Shown here piece after piece: positions 24,300-36,400 of a stretch of 64,000 bases of DNA (position 1 is the first letter of the stretch; every line of letters starts with the position of its first letter). Where the stretch lies: the NCBI GenBank assembly GCA_002269645.1, contig NIVC01000758.1, positions 124,001-188,000 on the forward strand, in the 5' to 3' direction. The position numbers and the translations under genes are program-made. The DNA is from Macrostomum lignano (taxonomy: Eukaryota). Below the pieces are notes generated by a model. It saw only the letters and a program-made list of their open reading frames with translations, was not told the origin of the DNA and did not search any database.

Positions 24300-26590
24300 C
24301 TTCTCATATCTAAAGCTGAGTGGACTGGTTGATCAACTCTTCCTAGATGGCTGCCAACTTAAATGTGGGACTTATATATATCAATGCAGAATTTTCCTAT
24401 GCAACAAATAGACTATTTTAATGTTGATTTTTTTAAAATTAAGTCTGTTAAAAAGCAGAAAACTGTTTTCTTAACCTTCTTTGGCCACTTTTCCTGCTCT
24501 AAACTGAAGTTGCATCAATTTTAAATGATTGTGCCATAACTTTTTCCTATCTTGGCAATGTATTTTCTCTTTAGTGGGGGTTTTGGGGCATTCTAAGTGG
24601 CTATGTGTGTATACCTGGACCCTTGCTAACTGGCAAACAGTAAAATTAAATTCATAAACTTGCAAGTCTCTCACTGTAGCAGACAGTGAATGTACACTAA
24701 AAATTCAATGCTTTAAACTGGGCAATTTCAAACATAAACTGTTCCTTGAGTTTTGAACTTTGTGAGAAAATACCTTATTGCTGGAAAGATCTTTCAATGC
24801 TAAGTTCAGGGATATAAGTTTTTTGCTTTAAGTATAAATCTAAAAGCACAACATTCAAAAAAATGATTTCTGTACTTTTAAATTTCTGCTAAGATTGTAC
24901 TCAGTTTGGGGTTGAATGGGGTTTCAACCAACCCCCACTAGTTGGGGGTTTCAATTTTTAACTGCCACTGTAGTAGAAGGGGTTGGTTGCTATGTATTGG
25001 AGGGTTGATTTAGATTGCATAATCATTTTGTTAACTATATTTCAGACTGATACTGATTGATGGAAAAATCAATTGTTTTACTTGTTTCAATTTTTATAGT
25101 ATTGGCACATTTGAATGCGCAGCTCTGAGCAGCTCAAACTCTAACCCTAACCCTAGCCACTAAGTCCAGAGAGTTGATTTCTGTTTTGTGGATAGGATTT
25201 TGATGATGTTCAGTTTCACAAAGAGGATTTTTTGGAGATTCTTTGGAGATGAGTTGAATGATGGGATTCGGGTTGGGGGATTCAGCTGATGGATTTCAGG
25301 GAATAGAATTCCAGTGATAGGAGTTCTTCCTTTTTCTCTTCCAGCAGTGGAGTTGGCCTTTCTTATATCTAAAGCTGAGTGGACTGGTCAAATCAACCGG
25401 GTTTAATGCATATCTCCTCCTAGATGGCTGCCAACTCAAATGCAGGACTTATATATATCAATGCAAAAGTTTCCTATGTAACAAATAGGCTATTTTAATG
25501 TTAAAATTTAAAAGTTGGGTCTGTTAAAAAAGCAGAAAACTGTTTTTTTAACCTTCTTTGGCCACTTTGCCTCTTCAGTGGAGGAGTAGTGGCATATTTA
25601 TATAAACAACCACCCCAACCTCCTCCCATGGGTCGCTGTGTATTGGAAGGGTAGGTGATGTGTGTTCTGGGTTCAATGCAAATAAAACCCCCACGTGTTA
25701 GGGGTGCAGTAAAATTTAATGATTCCCCCGAAATAGGGGGGTTGGTTTGGGCTGAGTGTACATAGCAATGTACAATGTAAACAGATAGATAAGGACTGTG
25801 TTGAGATTCAATTGGTTTTATTATTGGAATTTTTCAAAAGGCTGTGTATTAGCTAGGCAGTGAAATTCAATGAATAAAATTGCAAGCCTCTTTTACTAGC
25901 TAGCAGGCAAGTGAATGAACACGAGATACTTCAATGCTTTAAATTGGGAAGTTCAAACATTAACTGTTCCTCAAATTTTAAACTTTGAGAGGAGAGACTT
26001 ATATTTCTAAAAGATCTTGAAATCCTGGATTCAGGGATATAAGTTGTTTTCTTTAAATATGAAATTGAAAAGCACAACATTCAAAAAACAATTTTCATAC
26101 TTTTAACTTTCTGCAAAGATTGTACTCATTTTGGGCTTCAATGAAGGTTCAAAAAACCCTGCAAGAGTTTGGGGGTTCAATTTCTAGCTGTACTGCATAT
26201 TGGAAGGGGTCTGTTGCTGTGTATTGGGGAGTTGATTTAGGTGGGCAATCATTTTATTAACTTTAACCAAGACTGATACTGATTGTCTGAGAAATCAGTT
26301 GCGTAATCAATTGATTCAATTAGTTCAATGTTTTTAGTGGCACCTTTTAACAGCCAGCTGTGTATAGCTCTAACCCTAATCCTAACCCTAATTAATGAAT
26401 CCTGAGAGTTCTGTTTGATGGAGAAAATTGCCATTGAGTCTGGTTTCACAAAGAGGATTTCTGTTTTTGAAAGGTGTTGGATGATGGGATTTGGGTCATG
26501 GAATTCAGCTGATGGATTTCAGGAAATAGATTTCCAGCGATGGTTGTTTTTTCCCTTTCTCTAGCAGAGGAGTTGGTCTCATTATATATA
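24300..26590. repeat. Diverged tandem duplication of a 1.1-1.2 kb AT-rich unit
   Basis: Shared blocks: ATCTAAAGCTGAGTGGACTGG (~24308 and ~25367), TTCAATGCTTTAAA (~24705 and ~25930), GATGGATTTCAGG (~25288 and ~26511). Confidence 0.85.
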
Positions 26591-27472
26591 TAGATAGTAG
26601 CTAATCTAGTTTTTTTATATTATAGGGCTTATTGATAAAAGTTTATACTAAATTATAAACATAAATATTTAAATGTTCAACTAATATATATTGTTTCATT
26701 CATGCTTAGGCCTAAGCACAAATACTAGAATAATTAGATAAGCCACTCATGTATATATACTTTGCAAAAAGCTTTCTATTTTAAGTTGAGTAGCAAAAAA
26801 GAAGACCAAAGCTATTTTATAGAGAAAAACAGCTAAGATATCTTTGATAAGTTTATAAGCCCAAGCTTGCAGATGTAAATAGCTTGCTAATTGGTTCAAC
26901 CATAATGTACATAAGCCACTGAAATGTACAAGGCAGATTTAGGCTGGAACAACCAAGGAAGATAATAAAATTTTTGTGGCAGGGCAGGGATAGAGGTTCT
27001 GTGGAGTTTAAGCATTGAAGCTTTGGGGAAGGTAAATAGCCAATAAATAAGCCTCGTCTTTAAAAAATACATTAAAATACTTTAGCTTAACTTACTACTG
27101 AACTGAAAGTACTTTGCACGCAAATGTGCTGATTGGCCTATCCAATTTTTCTAGTATTTGTGGGCCTAAGCCATAAGATTAATAACTAGATTAGATTAGA
27201 TTTTTTTGCTTTTTACTTTCCAATCAATTAGTAATTTGGAGCTGCAAAATATTAAATATCAATATTGATTATATATAATAGATTATCTTTTACTGATCAT
27301 ACTATTTCTAAGTATAAATGTCAAAGTAATTTAGTTCAGAGTTTATTGCAAAAATTACAATAAACTTTATTTCCAGACGACCTTTTTTGGCTAAAATTAA
27401 GTTAATAGACTAAATAAACAGTCTTGATGAGCAGTGCTACTCAAGTTTATTACTGAATTTTTCAGCCCTACT

Positions 27473-30400
27473 ATGAGCTCAAGCAGTCAGTCAGTGCCAG
27501 AATTTTTCTTCCCAGTTGCTCGCGAGGATTTGCAGAAGCGAGCGCCCCGCCAGTTCTATGTTAGCGAAGTGTTTGGGGCCCACAGCCTGCCAGCTCGCCT
27601 GAAGGACTGCCGCGGCCTACTGCAGTCGCACCGGTCCCTGTTCCCCCTGCACGGCTTCAATGCGCTCTACAGCCTGCTCTGCCACTGGCAGGACATTGCC
27701 CAGTCTGCCAAGGAGGACGCCTGGGACATCCTGGCCGAGTGCTGTCACTTCACCGTTGTCAGCCTGGCCAAGTCGCTCGGTGACGTCACTGGCGACTCGC
27801 CCGGAATGTCGTCTGATGAGCGCTGCCACGCCAGGAATGCGCTGAAGATGCTGGTGGGTTGGTCTGGTAGTCAGGCAGATTTATTTCTGGCTTTGGTTCA
27901 CTGGACACACAAAGGGAGCCAGGGACCACTGAAGACCCTAGCGTCACTGGACACACAAAGGGAACCAGGGACCACTGAAGACCCTGGCGTCACTGGACAC
28001 ACAAAGGGAGCCAGGGACCACTGAAGACCCTGGCGTCACTGGACACACAAAGGGAACCAGGGACCACTGAAGACCCTGGCGCAGGCGCTGAAGATAAACT
28101 CTGAGATCATCCTAAAACGCTCTCATTAAGCACTCCAAGACAGACTTAGTGTGGCAGACTTATAACACCCCAGAGCACTGAAGGCAAACTCAGGACACCC
28201 TGGAGCACTGAAGGCAGACTCAGGACACCCTGGAGCACTGAAGGCAGACTCAGGACACCCCAGAGCACTGAAGGCAGACTCAGGACACCCCAGAGCACTG
28301 AAGGCAGACTCAGGACACCCCAGAGCACTGAAGGCAAACTCAGGACACCCTGGAGCACTGAAGGCAGACTCAGGGCACCCTGAGGCACTGAAGGCAGACT
28401 CAGGACACCCTGAGGCACTGAAGGCAGACTCAGGACACCCTGAAGCACTAAGGCAGACTCAGGACACCCCAGAGCACTGAAGGCAGACTCAGGACACCCC
28501 AGAGCACTGAAGGCAGATTCAGGACACCCTGAGGCACTGAAGGCAGACTCAGGACACCCCAGAGCACTGAAGGCAGACTCAGGACACCCTGGAGCACTGA
28601 AGGCAGACTCAGGACACCCTGGAGCACTGAAGGCAGACTCAGGACACCCTGGAGCACTGAAGGCAGACTCAGGACACCCTGGAGCACTGAAGGCAGACTC
28701 AGGACACCCTGGAGCACTGAAGGCAGACTCAGGACACCCTGGAGCACTGAAGGCAGACTCAGGACACCCTGAGGCACTGAAGGCAAACTCAGGACACCCT
28801 GGAGCACTGAAGGCAGACTCAGGACACCCTGGAGCACTGAAGGCAGATTCTGGCCCCCAACATCCAGCTCGCAGTCGACACAAGCCACCCCCCCCCCTCC
28901 CAGATGTTCCTGGTGACGCAGCAGCTGGAGCTGTTCGAGGCGGACCTGGGCAGCGGCAAGCCGATCCCGGGCACCAAGAAGGGCCGCAAGAAGAAGGCTT
29001 CAAGCGCCGCCTGCGCCGAGATGATCCGCCTGCGCTGGGACGACGAAGTCTCCGGCCTGGTCGAACAGGTGAAGCAGCTGTGCCTGCTGCAGCTGCACAT
29101 GCTGTGGGAGCCGCCAGTCATTGAGGAGGACTTCGTCAACCTCATTGGAGACCTGTGCTTCCGGGTGCTGGACAACCCTAGCTTCATCCGCATCCAGGAG
29201 GTGCGCGAACCCGTGACCAGCATCCTGACCAGGCTGGTGCGCAGCTACAACTACAGCCGGACGGGCGCCATCAAGCTGAGCCAGCTGCTGGTCATGTGCG
29301 AGCAGCCTCAGCCCAATCAGGTCGTGCACCTGGTTAACGGCTTTCTGGCTGGCCAGCAGAACGATATGCGCTGCTTCGTGTCCGCCTTCCTGCAGGTGCG
29401 AACTGGCGCTTCAATGCCGAACCACCTCCAACACACCCTGAGAGAATCGCCCCCATCCACTCTGAGAGAATCCCCCCAACCCACTCTGAGAGAATCGCCC
29501 CCAACCCACTCTGAGAGAATCGCCCCCAATCCACTCTGAGAGAATCGCCCCCAACCCACTCTGAGAGAATCGCCCCCAATCCACTCTGAGAGAATCGCCC
29601 CCAACCCACTCTGAGAGAATCGCCCCCAATCCACTCTGAGAGAATCGCCCCTAACCCACTCTGAGAGAATCGCCCCCAATCCACTCTGAGAGAATCGCCC
29701 CCAATCCACTCTGAGAGAATCGCCCCAACCCACTCTGAGAGAATCGCCCCCAACCCACTCTGAGAGAATCGCCCCCAATCCACTCTGAGAGAATCGCCCC
29801 CAATCCACTCTGAGAGAATCGCCCCCAATCCACTCTGAGAGAATCGCCCCCAATCCACTCTGAGAGAATCGCCCCCAATCCACTCTGAGAGAATCGCCCC
29901 AATCCACTCTGAGAGAATCGCCCCCAATCCACTCTGAGAGAATCGCTCCCAATCCACTCTGAGAGAATCGCCCCCAACCCGCTGAGAGAATCCCCCCAAC
30001 CCAGAACTCCACACTGAATCGCTTCACTCCACCTGCCGCAGGAGCTGGCCAGCTACTCATCCGCCGACTTGGAGAAGAACACGGCGGGAACTGGGGCGCT
30101 GTGCACTTTTCTGGTTGAGTTCACCCAGCTGCACCCGGATATTGCCGAGCAGAGCCTGCCGCACTTCAAGGTTTGTTTTTTGTATAATTCTCTAATGTCT
30201 GCCGCCATCCCATCCCACTCTTTGATGTCTGCCGCCTTCCCCATCCCACTCTTTGATGTCTGCCGCCATCCCATCCCACTCTTTGATGTCTGCCGCCATC
30301 CATCCTACTCTTTGATGTCTGCCGCCTTCCCCATCCCACTCTTTGATGTCTCCCGCCATCCCCATCCCACTCTTTGATGTCTCCCGCCATCCCCATCCCA

Positions 30401-33400
30401 CTCTCTATGTCTGCCGCCATCATAGTTACCACTCTCTCTCTTTGATGTCTGCCGCCATCCCAATCCCACTCTTTGATGTCTGCCGCCATCCCAATCCCAC
30501 TCTTTGATGTCTGCCGCCATCCCAATCCCACTCTTTGATGTCTGCCGCCATCCCAATCCCACTCTTTGATGTCTGCCGCCTTCCCCATCCCACTCTTTGA
30601 TGTCTGCCGCCATCCCAATCCCACTCTTTGATGTCTGCCGCCTTCCCCATCCCACTCTTTGATGTCTGCCGCCTTCCCCATCCCACTCTTTGATGTCTCC
30701 CGCCATCCCCATCCTACTCTTTGATGTCTCCCGCCATCCCCATCCTACTCTTTGATGTCTGCCGCCTTCCCCATCCCACTCTTCGATGTCTCCCGCCATC
30801 CCCATCCCACTCTCTATGTCTGCCGCCATCATAGTTACCACTCTCTCTTTGATGTCTGCCGCCATTCCATCCCACTCTTTGATGTCTACCGCCATCCCAT
30901 CCCACTCTTTGATGTCTGCCGCCATCCCCATCCCACTCTTTGATGTCTGCCGCCATCCCATCCCACCCCGCTCTTTGATGTCTGTCGCCATCCCATCCCA
31001 CTCTTTGATGTCTGCCGCCATCCCCATCTCACTCTCTTTGATATGTGCCGTCATCCTTTGTCCGCGTACTCTGATTAGCATTAGAAACATAATTGCATAT
31101 TTTGGTTGCCTTGATCCGCAGGAGCGCCTTGCCTGCGATCCGTACTCCCTGCGCAATTGCGTGCTGAGCATGATCTCCTCTATCCTGAGCAAGCGCTACC
31201 TATCCAACTCTGAGCTGGACTCCAAGCAGCGGGCCAAGGTGGACCGCTACCTGGACACCCTGGAGGAGCACGTGCACGATCTGAACGGATTCGTCCGCTC
31301 CCGCTGCCTGCAGATCTGGCTGCAGATTGTCGAGGCCAAGTCGCTGCCGTACGAGCGAATGGGCCGCCTGGTTGAGCTGATCGCCGGGCCGCAGGGCTCG
31401 CTGCTGGACACCTCCGCCATGGCCAGGAAGCACAGCATGAAGATCCTGGCCGCCATGCTGGAGTGCAACCCGGCTGTGCGGGTGCCCACTGACCAGCTCA
31501 ATGCCGACTTCGAGAGAGAAGTCAAGGTAGGATGCTGGCTTAGCTGTTGGGTCAGTCCTGGCGCTTTTGCGACAATTCTTCTGTTGATTATGCGTCATCT
31601 GTGATGCTTATGAGTCACTCCTGATGCTTATGAGTCACTCCTGATGCTTATGAGTCACTCCTGATGCTTATGAGTCACTCCTGATGCTTATGATCACTCC
31701 TGATGCTTATGAGTCACTCCTGATGCTTTTTAGTCACTCCTGATGCTTTTGAGTCACTCCTGATGATCATTGGAAGTATTCAATGCTCATGAGACTCCCG
31801 AGGCTCATAAAGCTTTACTGGTGCTCACTCGCCCCTCCGCTTCCCTACCAGATCCTGCAGGAGCTGGAGGCGTCGCAGGACCCGGAGCTGGTGCAGAAGG
31901 AGCTCACCTGGCGGCGCCGCATCATTCCCAAGGTGCTGCAGCTGCTCAGCCAGCAGGTTCGGTCGGCGGCCGCCGCTTCAGCCACCGATGCTGCCGAAGC
32001 CCCCGCCGCCGCTCGGGCAGCCGACGGCGACGACTCCGAGGGCGACGCAGCCGCCGAAGACGAGGAGGAAGAGGGCATCGGCGAGGAGGAGACGGCCGAG
32101 GCGGTTGCCAGGCGAATCTACGACAATTTCCAGCGGAACCGAGTGTCCCGAGCTATTCGGCTGTTCGCACTCGCGCACGACGCCTTCACGGATAATCCGA
32201 TCTTCTCCACCCGGATGTGAGTGCCGCGCGATTGGCAAGCCGTGCAGGATATAATTTTTATTTAACCAAACTATTATAAGTAGGTCTCACTATTTGTTAT
32301 CTTGATCTTGACCTACTAAACGCAATGGATTGGTGGCCCCGAAAAGGGCCGTTTTTTAGATAAATAATAGAGCTTTAAAATGGAGCACATTAAAATGGAC
32401 AATACCCGTTGTTGAAAGCGTTACCGTGACAAGAATCGCTATAGAGTAACTCTAAGTGACATCTTTAGATGCACTTTAGACGAAATTCTACAGCGACTCC
32501 AGCACGTCTCAGCTGGGTATCTACGGCCCCGAAGTCAGTTCAGGGTCGCAGACAATAAAACGCTTTAAATTAACTAGCCTCACGATTTCTGCCGCATCTC
32601 CCCTCTCCCATCCTCAAATCAGTGAAGAAGTGCCCAACAGCGACAGCCAGCCGGCTTCAGCGTCGCAGGCGGAGGCCCAGGCGCAGAAGTTGCGAGTTCA
32701 GGCCTGGACAGACCGGCTGAAAGATATTTATATGGGTGAGTGAGTGTTGAATGTGTCCATGAACCAGGTTTTTGTGTCTGCACCTGCTCCTGCAAGTTCT
32801 TCATCTGTGCTACACTTTTTAAATCTTTCGTTTTGGTAGTCTAAATGATAGCAGGAAGTCAGGCCCTTCTGGATAAGTCTTTGACTCTTTGATCGTCATA
32901 TGCAGTTCTTGGATTCCTGGCCAGCTTATTTGTAGATCATAGGCTACTTCTGTGTCATGCGTAGGTCACGGGACACTTTCTGGGTCATGCGTAGGTCACG
33001 GGACACTTTCTGGGTCATGCGTAGGTCACGGGACACTTTCTGGGTCATGCGTAGGTCACGGGACACTTTCTGGGTCATGCATGGGTCATGGGCTACTTTC
33101 TGGGTCATGCATGGGTCATGGGCTACTTTCTGGGTCATGCGTAGGTCATGAGATACTTTCTGGGTCATGCGCAGGTCATGGGTCATGCGTGGGTCATGGG
33201 CTACTTTCTGGATCATGCGTAGGTCATGAGACACTTTCTGGGTCATGCGCAGGTCATGGGTCATGCGCAGGTCATGGGTCATGCGCAGTTCATGGGTCAT
33301 GCGTGGGTCATGGGCTACTTTCTGGGTCATCGTAGTTCATAGGACACTTTCTAGATCATGCGTAGGTTATAGACCACTTTCTAGATCATTCTAGGTCATG

Positions 33401-36400
33401 GACTACTTTCTAGATCATGCGTAGGTCATGGGTTATGCATACATTCTCGCTTTCTAGTATACATAATAGACAGTGCTCCAGTGCTTATATGATTAATCCA
33501 TGAGCTTCCTTCAGCCGAATCTCTAACTCAGCCAATATTTCACTGCCAGCTGATAAATTCCCTCCGCAAAACCCGTCTTGAAGAGCGCCACTTAACTGCG
33601 GCGGATGGAGAAGGTAAAGCTAGTCAGTCAGGTGTCCAAGTCGTGCTGTAAAAAATCTGCGATATGCTTGTGTCATATTATTTTATACTCTATTCTAGTA
33701 GCTTCGTTAGTTTTTCGTTAGTTCACCTATTTTTTATTTCTTATTGTTGTGAAATTCCAGCTTGTTTCCTGTTGTCTTGTCGGTTCTCAGTTCTATGATT
33801 AGGTCATGGAATCAGCATTTTCGGGATGACATTCGGTTAGAAGTCGTTGGGAAATGTTTGGTGAATAGTACTGTTGGCTGCTCTGGTCAGTAGCCAGTTA
33901 AGGACATGGAGCGGTTTTTTGTTAGAATGAAAAATTACTAATTTGAAAGCAAACAGGGCGCCTCAAAACATTCCCCAACTTCCATGACAGTCATAAATCA
34001 ATCATCAATTCATATTGCGCACCCACCCCCCTTATTTTGCGGCAACCGCAGGCGAGGCCTACGCCGCTAACTCGCGCCAGTCGGAGGCCTGCGCCCAGAT
34101 TGCCAAGCAGCAGACCCTCATCGCCTGCCTGCGGCAGAGCCTGCAGTTTGTGGAGCAGGTCAAGTCCGCCATACCGTTCGTTGTTGCCATGCTGGGCTCG
34201 TCAACTCAGAGCGACATCCTCGAGGCTGTGGCCTTCCTGCTGGCCGGCCACCAGCAGGGCATGGCCGAGTGCGCGCCCGGCTTCAAGAAGATGCTGGGCC
34301 TGGTCTGGTCCAAGGAGGCCGCCATCAAGCAGGCCGTGGTCTCCGCCTATGAGAAGATGTACACCGAGGTGTTCGTCGACCAGGACGCCGGCATCGGGCC
34401 GGATGAAGCCGAGAAGCTGCGCGTGTCCGCCATCGTAGGCAGCCTGAGCCAGCTGATCTGCTCCGCAACCTTGGGCGACCTGCTGTCCCTGGAGAAACTC
34501 GTCTGCGAGTTCGTGCGCTCCGGCGTCATCGACAAGCCTGTGGTTCAGGTGCGCCTCACCGACAGTTTTACCGACACATTCACCGACAATTTTACCGACA
34601 CATTCACCGACAATTTTGCTGACACACTTACCGACAATTTTACTGACACATTCACCGACAATTTTACTGACACACTTACCGACAATTTTACTGACACACT
34701 TACCGACAATTTTACCGACACATTCACCGCCAATTTTACCGACACATTCACCGATAATTTTACTGACACATTCACCGATAATTTTACTGACACACTTACC
34801 GACACATTCACCGACAATTTTACCGACACATTCACCGACAATTTTACCGACACATTCACCGATAATTTTACTGACACACTTACCGACACATTCACCGACA
34901 ATTTTACTGACACACTTACCGACACATTCACCGACAATTTTGCCGACACATTCACCGACAATTTTACTGACACACTTACCGACAATTTTACTGACACACT
35001 TACCGACAATTTTACCGACACATTCACCGACAATTTTACTGACACACTTACCGACAATTTTACCGACACATTCACCGCCAATTTTACCGACACATTCACC
35101 GATAATTTTACTGACACATTCACCGATAATTTTACTGACACATTCACCGATAATTTTACTGACACACTTACCGACACATTCACCGACAATTTTACCGACA
35201 CATTCACCGACAATTTTACCGACACATTCACCGACAATTTTACCGACACACTTACCGACAATTTTACCGACACATTCACTGACACATGAAGCCACTTCAA
35301 GCGCCATAATAATCCCATTCTGCACAGGGAGCCTGGGACAAGTTCGCCCGTCGGGCCGGAAACTCCAGCCAGGACCGGCGCGCCGCCGTCATCCTGCTCG
35401 GCATGATGGCCGCCGAGGAGCCCGGCATCGTGCGGGCGAACACCCAGCTGTTGGTCAGCGAGGGCCTCTGCGCCGACTGCACCGACCTGCAGCTGGTGCA
35501 GTACACCTGCGTGGCCCTCCAGCGGATGGCCGCCACCCCGGCCAAAGCCAAATCTGCCGCCAATGCCGCCGCTGGCTCCGGCGTTGCTGCCGCGCCCGAG
35601 TCCTGCCGGATGCCGACAGAAAGCGACCTGTTCCAGCGACTGCTGGACATCATTGTGTCGTCCGCGTCTGGGGAGAGCCGGTTCTGGATGCCCATGATGG
35701 AGCAGGTCGGGATTCTCTGCTGGCCTGACTCAGCTTCTTTCCTTTGTTTCCATTGAATCATTTCCTTCAGCAGAGTGCCCTGCCCTCTCCAGTCCCTCAG
35801 CAGCCTGTGCTCTGCCCTCTCCAGTCCCTCAGCAGCCTGTGCTCTGCCCCTCGAGTCCCTCAGCAGCCTGTGCTGAGCAGCCAGTCCCTCAGCAGCCTGT
35901 GCTCTGCCCTCTCCAGTCCCTCAGCAGCCTGTGCTCTGCCCTCTCCAGTCCCTCAGCAGCCTGTGCTCTGCCCTCTCCAGTCCCTCAGCAGCCTGTGCCC
36001 TGCCCTCTCCAGTCCTTCAGCAGTCTGTGCTCTGCCCCTCGAGTCCCTCAGCAGCCTGTGCTCTGCCCCTCGAGTCCCTCAGCAGCCTGTGCTCTGCCCC
36101 TCGAGTCCCTCAGCAGCCTGTGCTCTGCCCCTCGAGTCCCTCAGCAGCCTGTGCTCTGCCCCCTCCAGTTCCTCAGCAGCCTGTGCTCTGCCCCCTCCAG
36201 TCCCTAAGCAGCCTGTGCTCTGCCCCTTCCAGTCCCTCAGCAGCCTGTGCTCTGCCCCCTCCAGTCCCTCAGCAGCCTGTGCTCTGCCCCCTCCAGTCCC
36301 TAAGCAGCCTGTGCTCTGCCCCCTCCAGTCCCTAAGCAGCCTGTGCTCTGCCCCCTCCAGTCCCTAAGCAGCCTAAGCCCCGACCCCGAGCAGCATATCG

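Noticed and set aside
25141-26395. CTAACCCTAACCCT as interstitial telomere
   Set aside because: Only 2-3 units, present once in each copy of the tandem duplication; too short to call.
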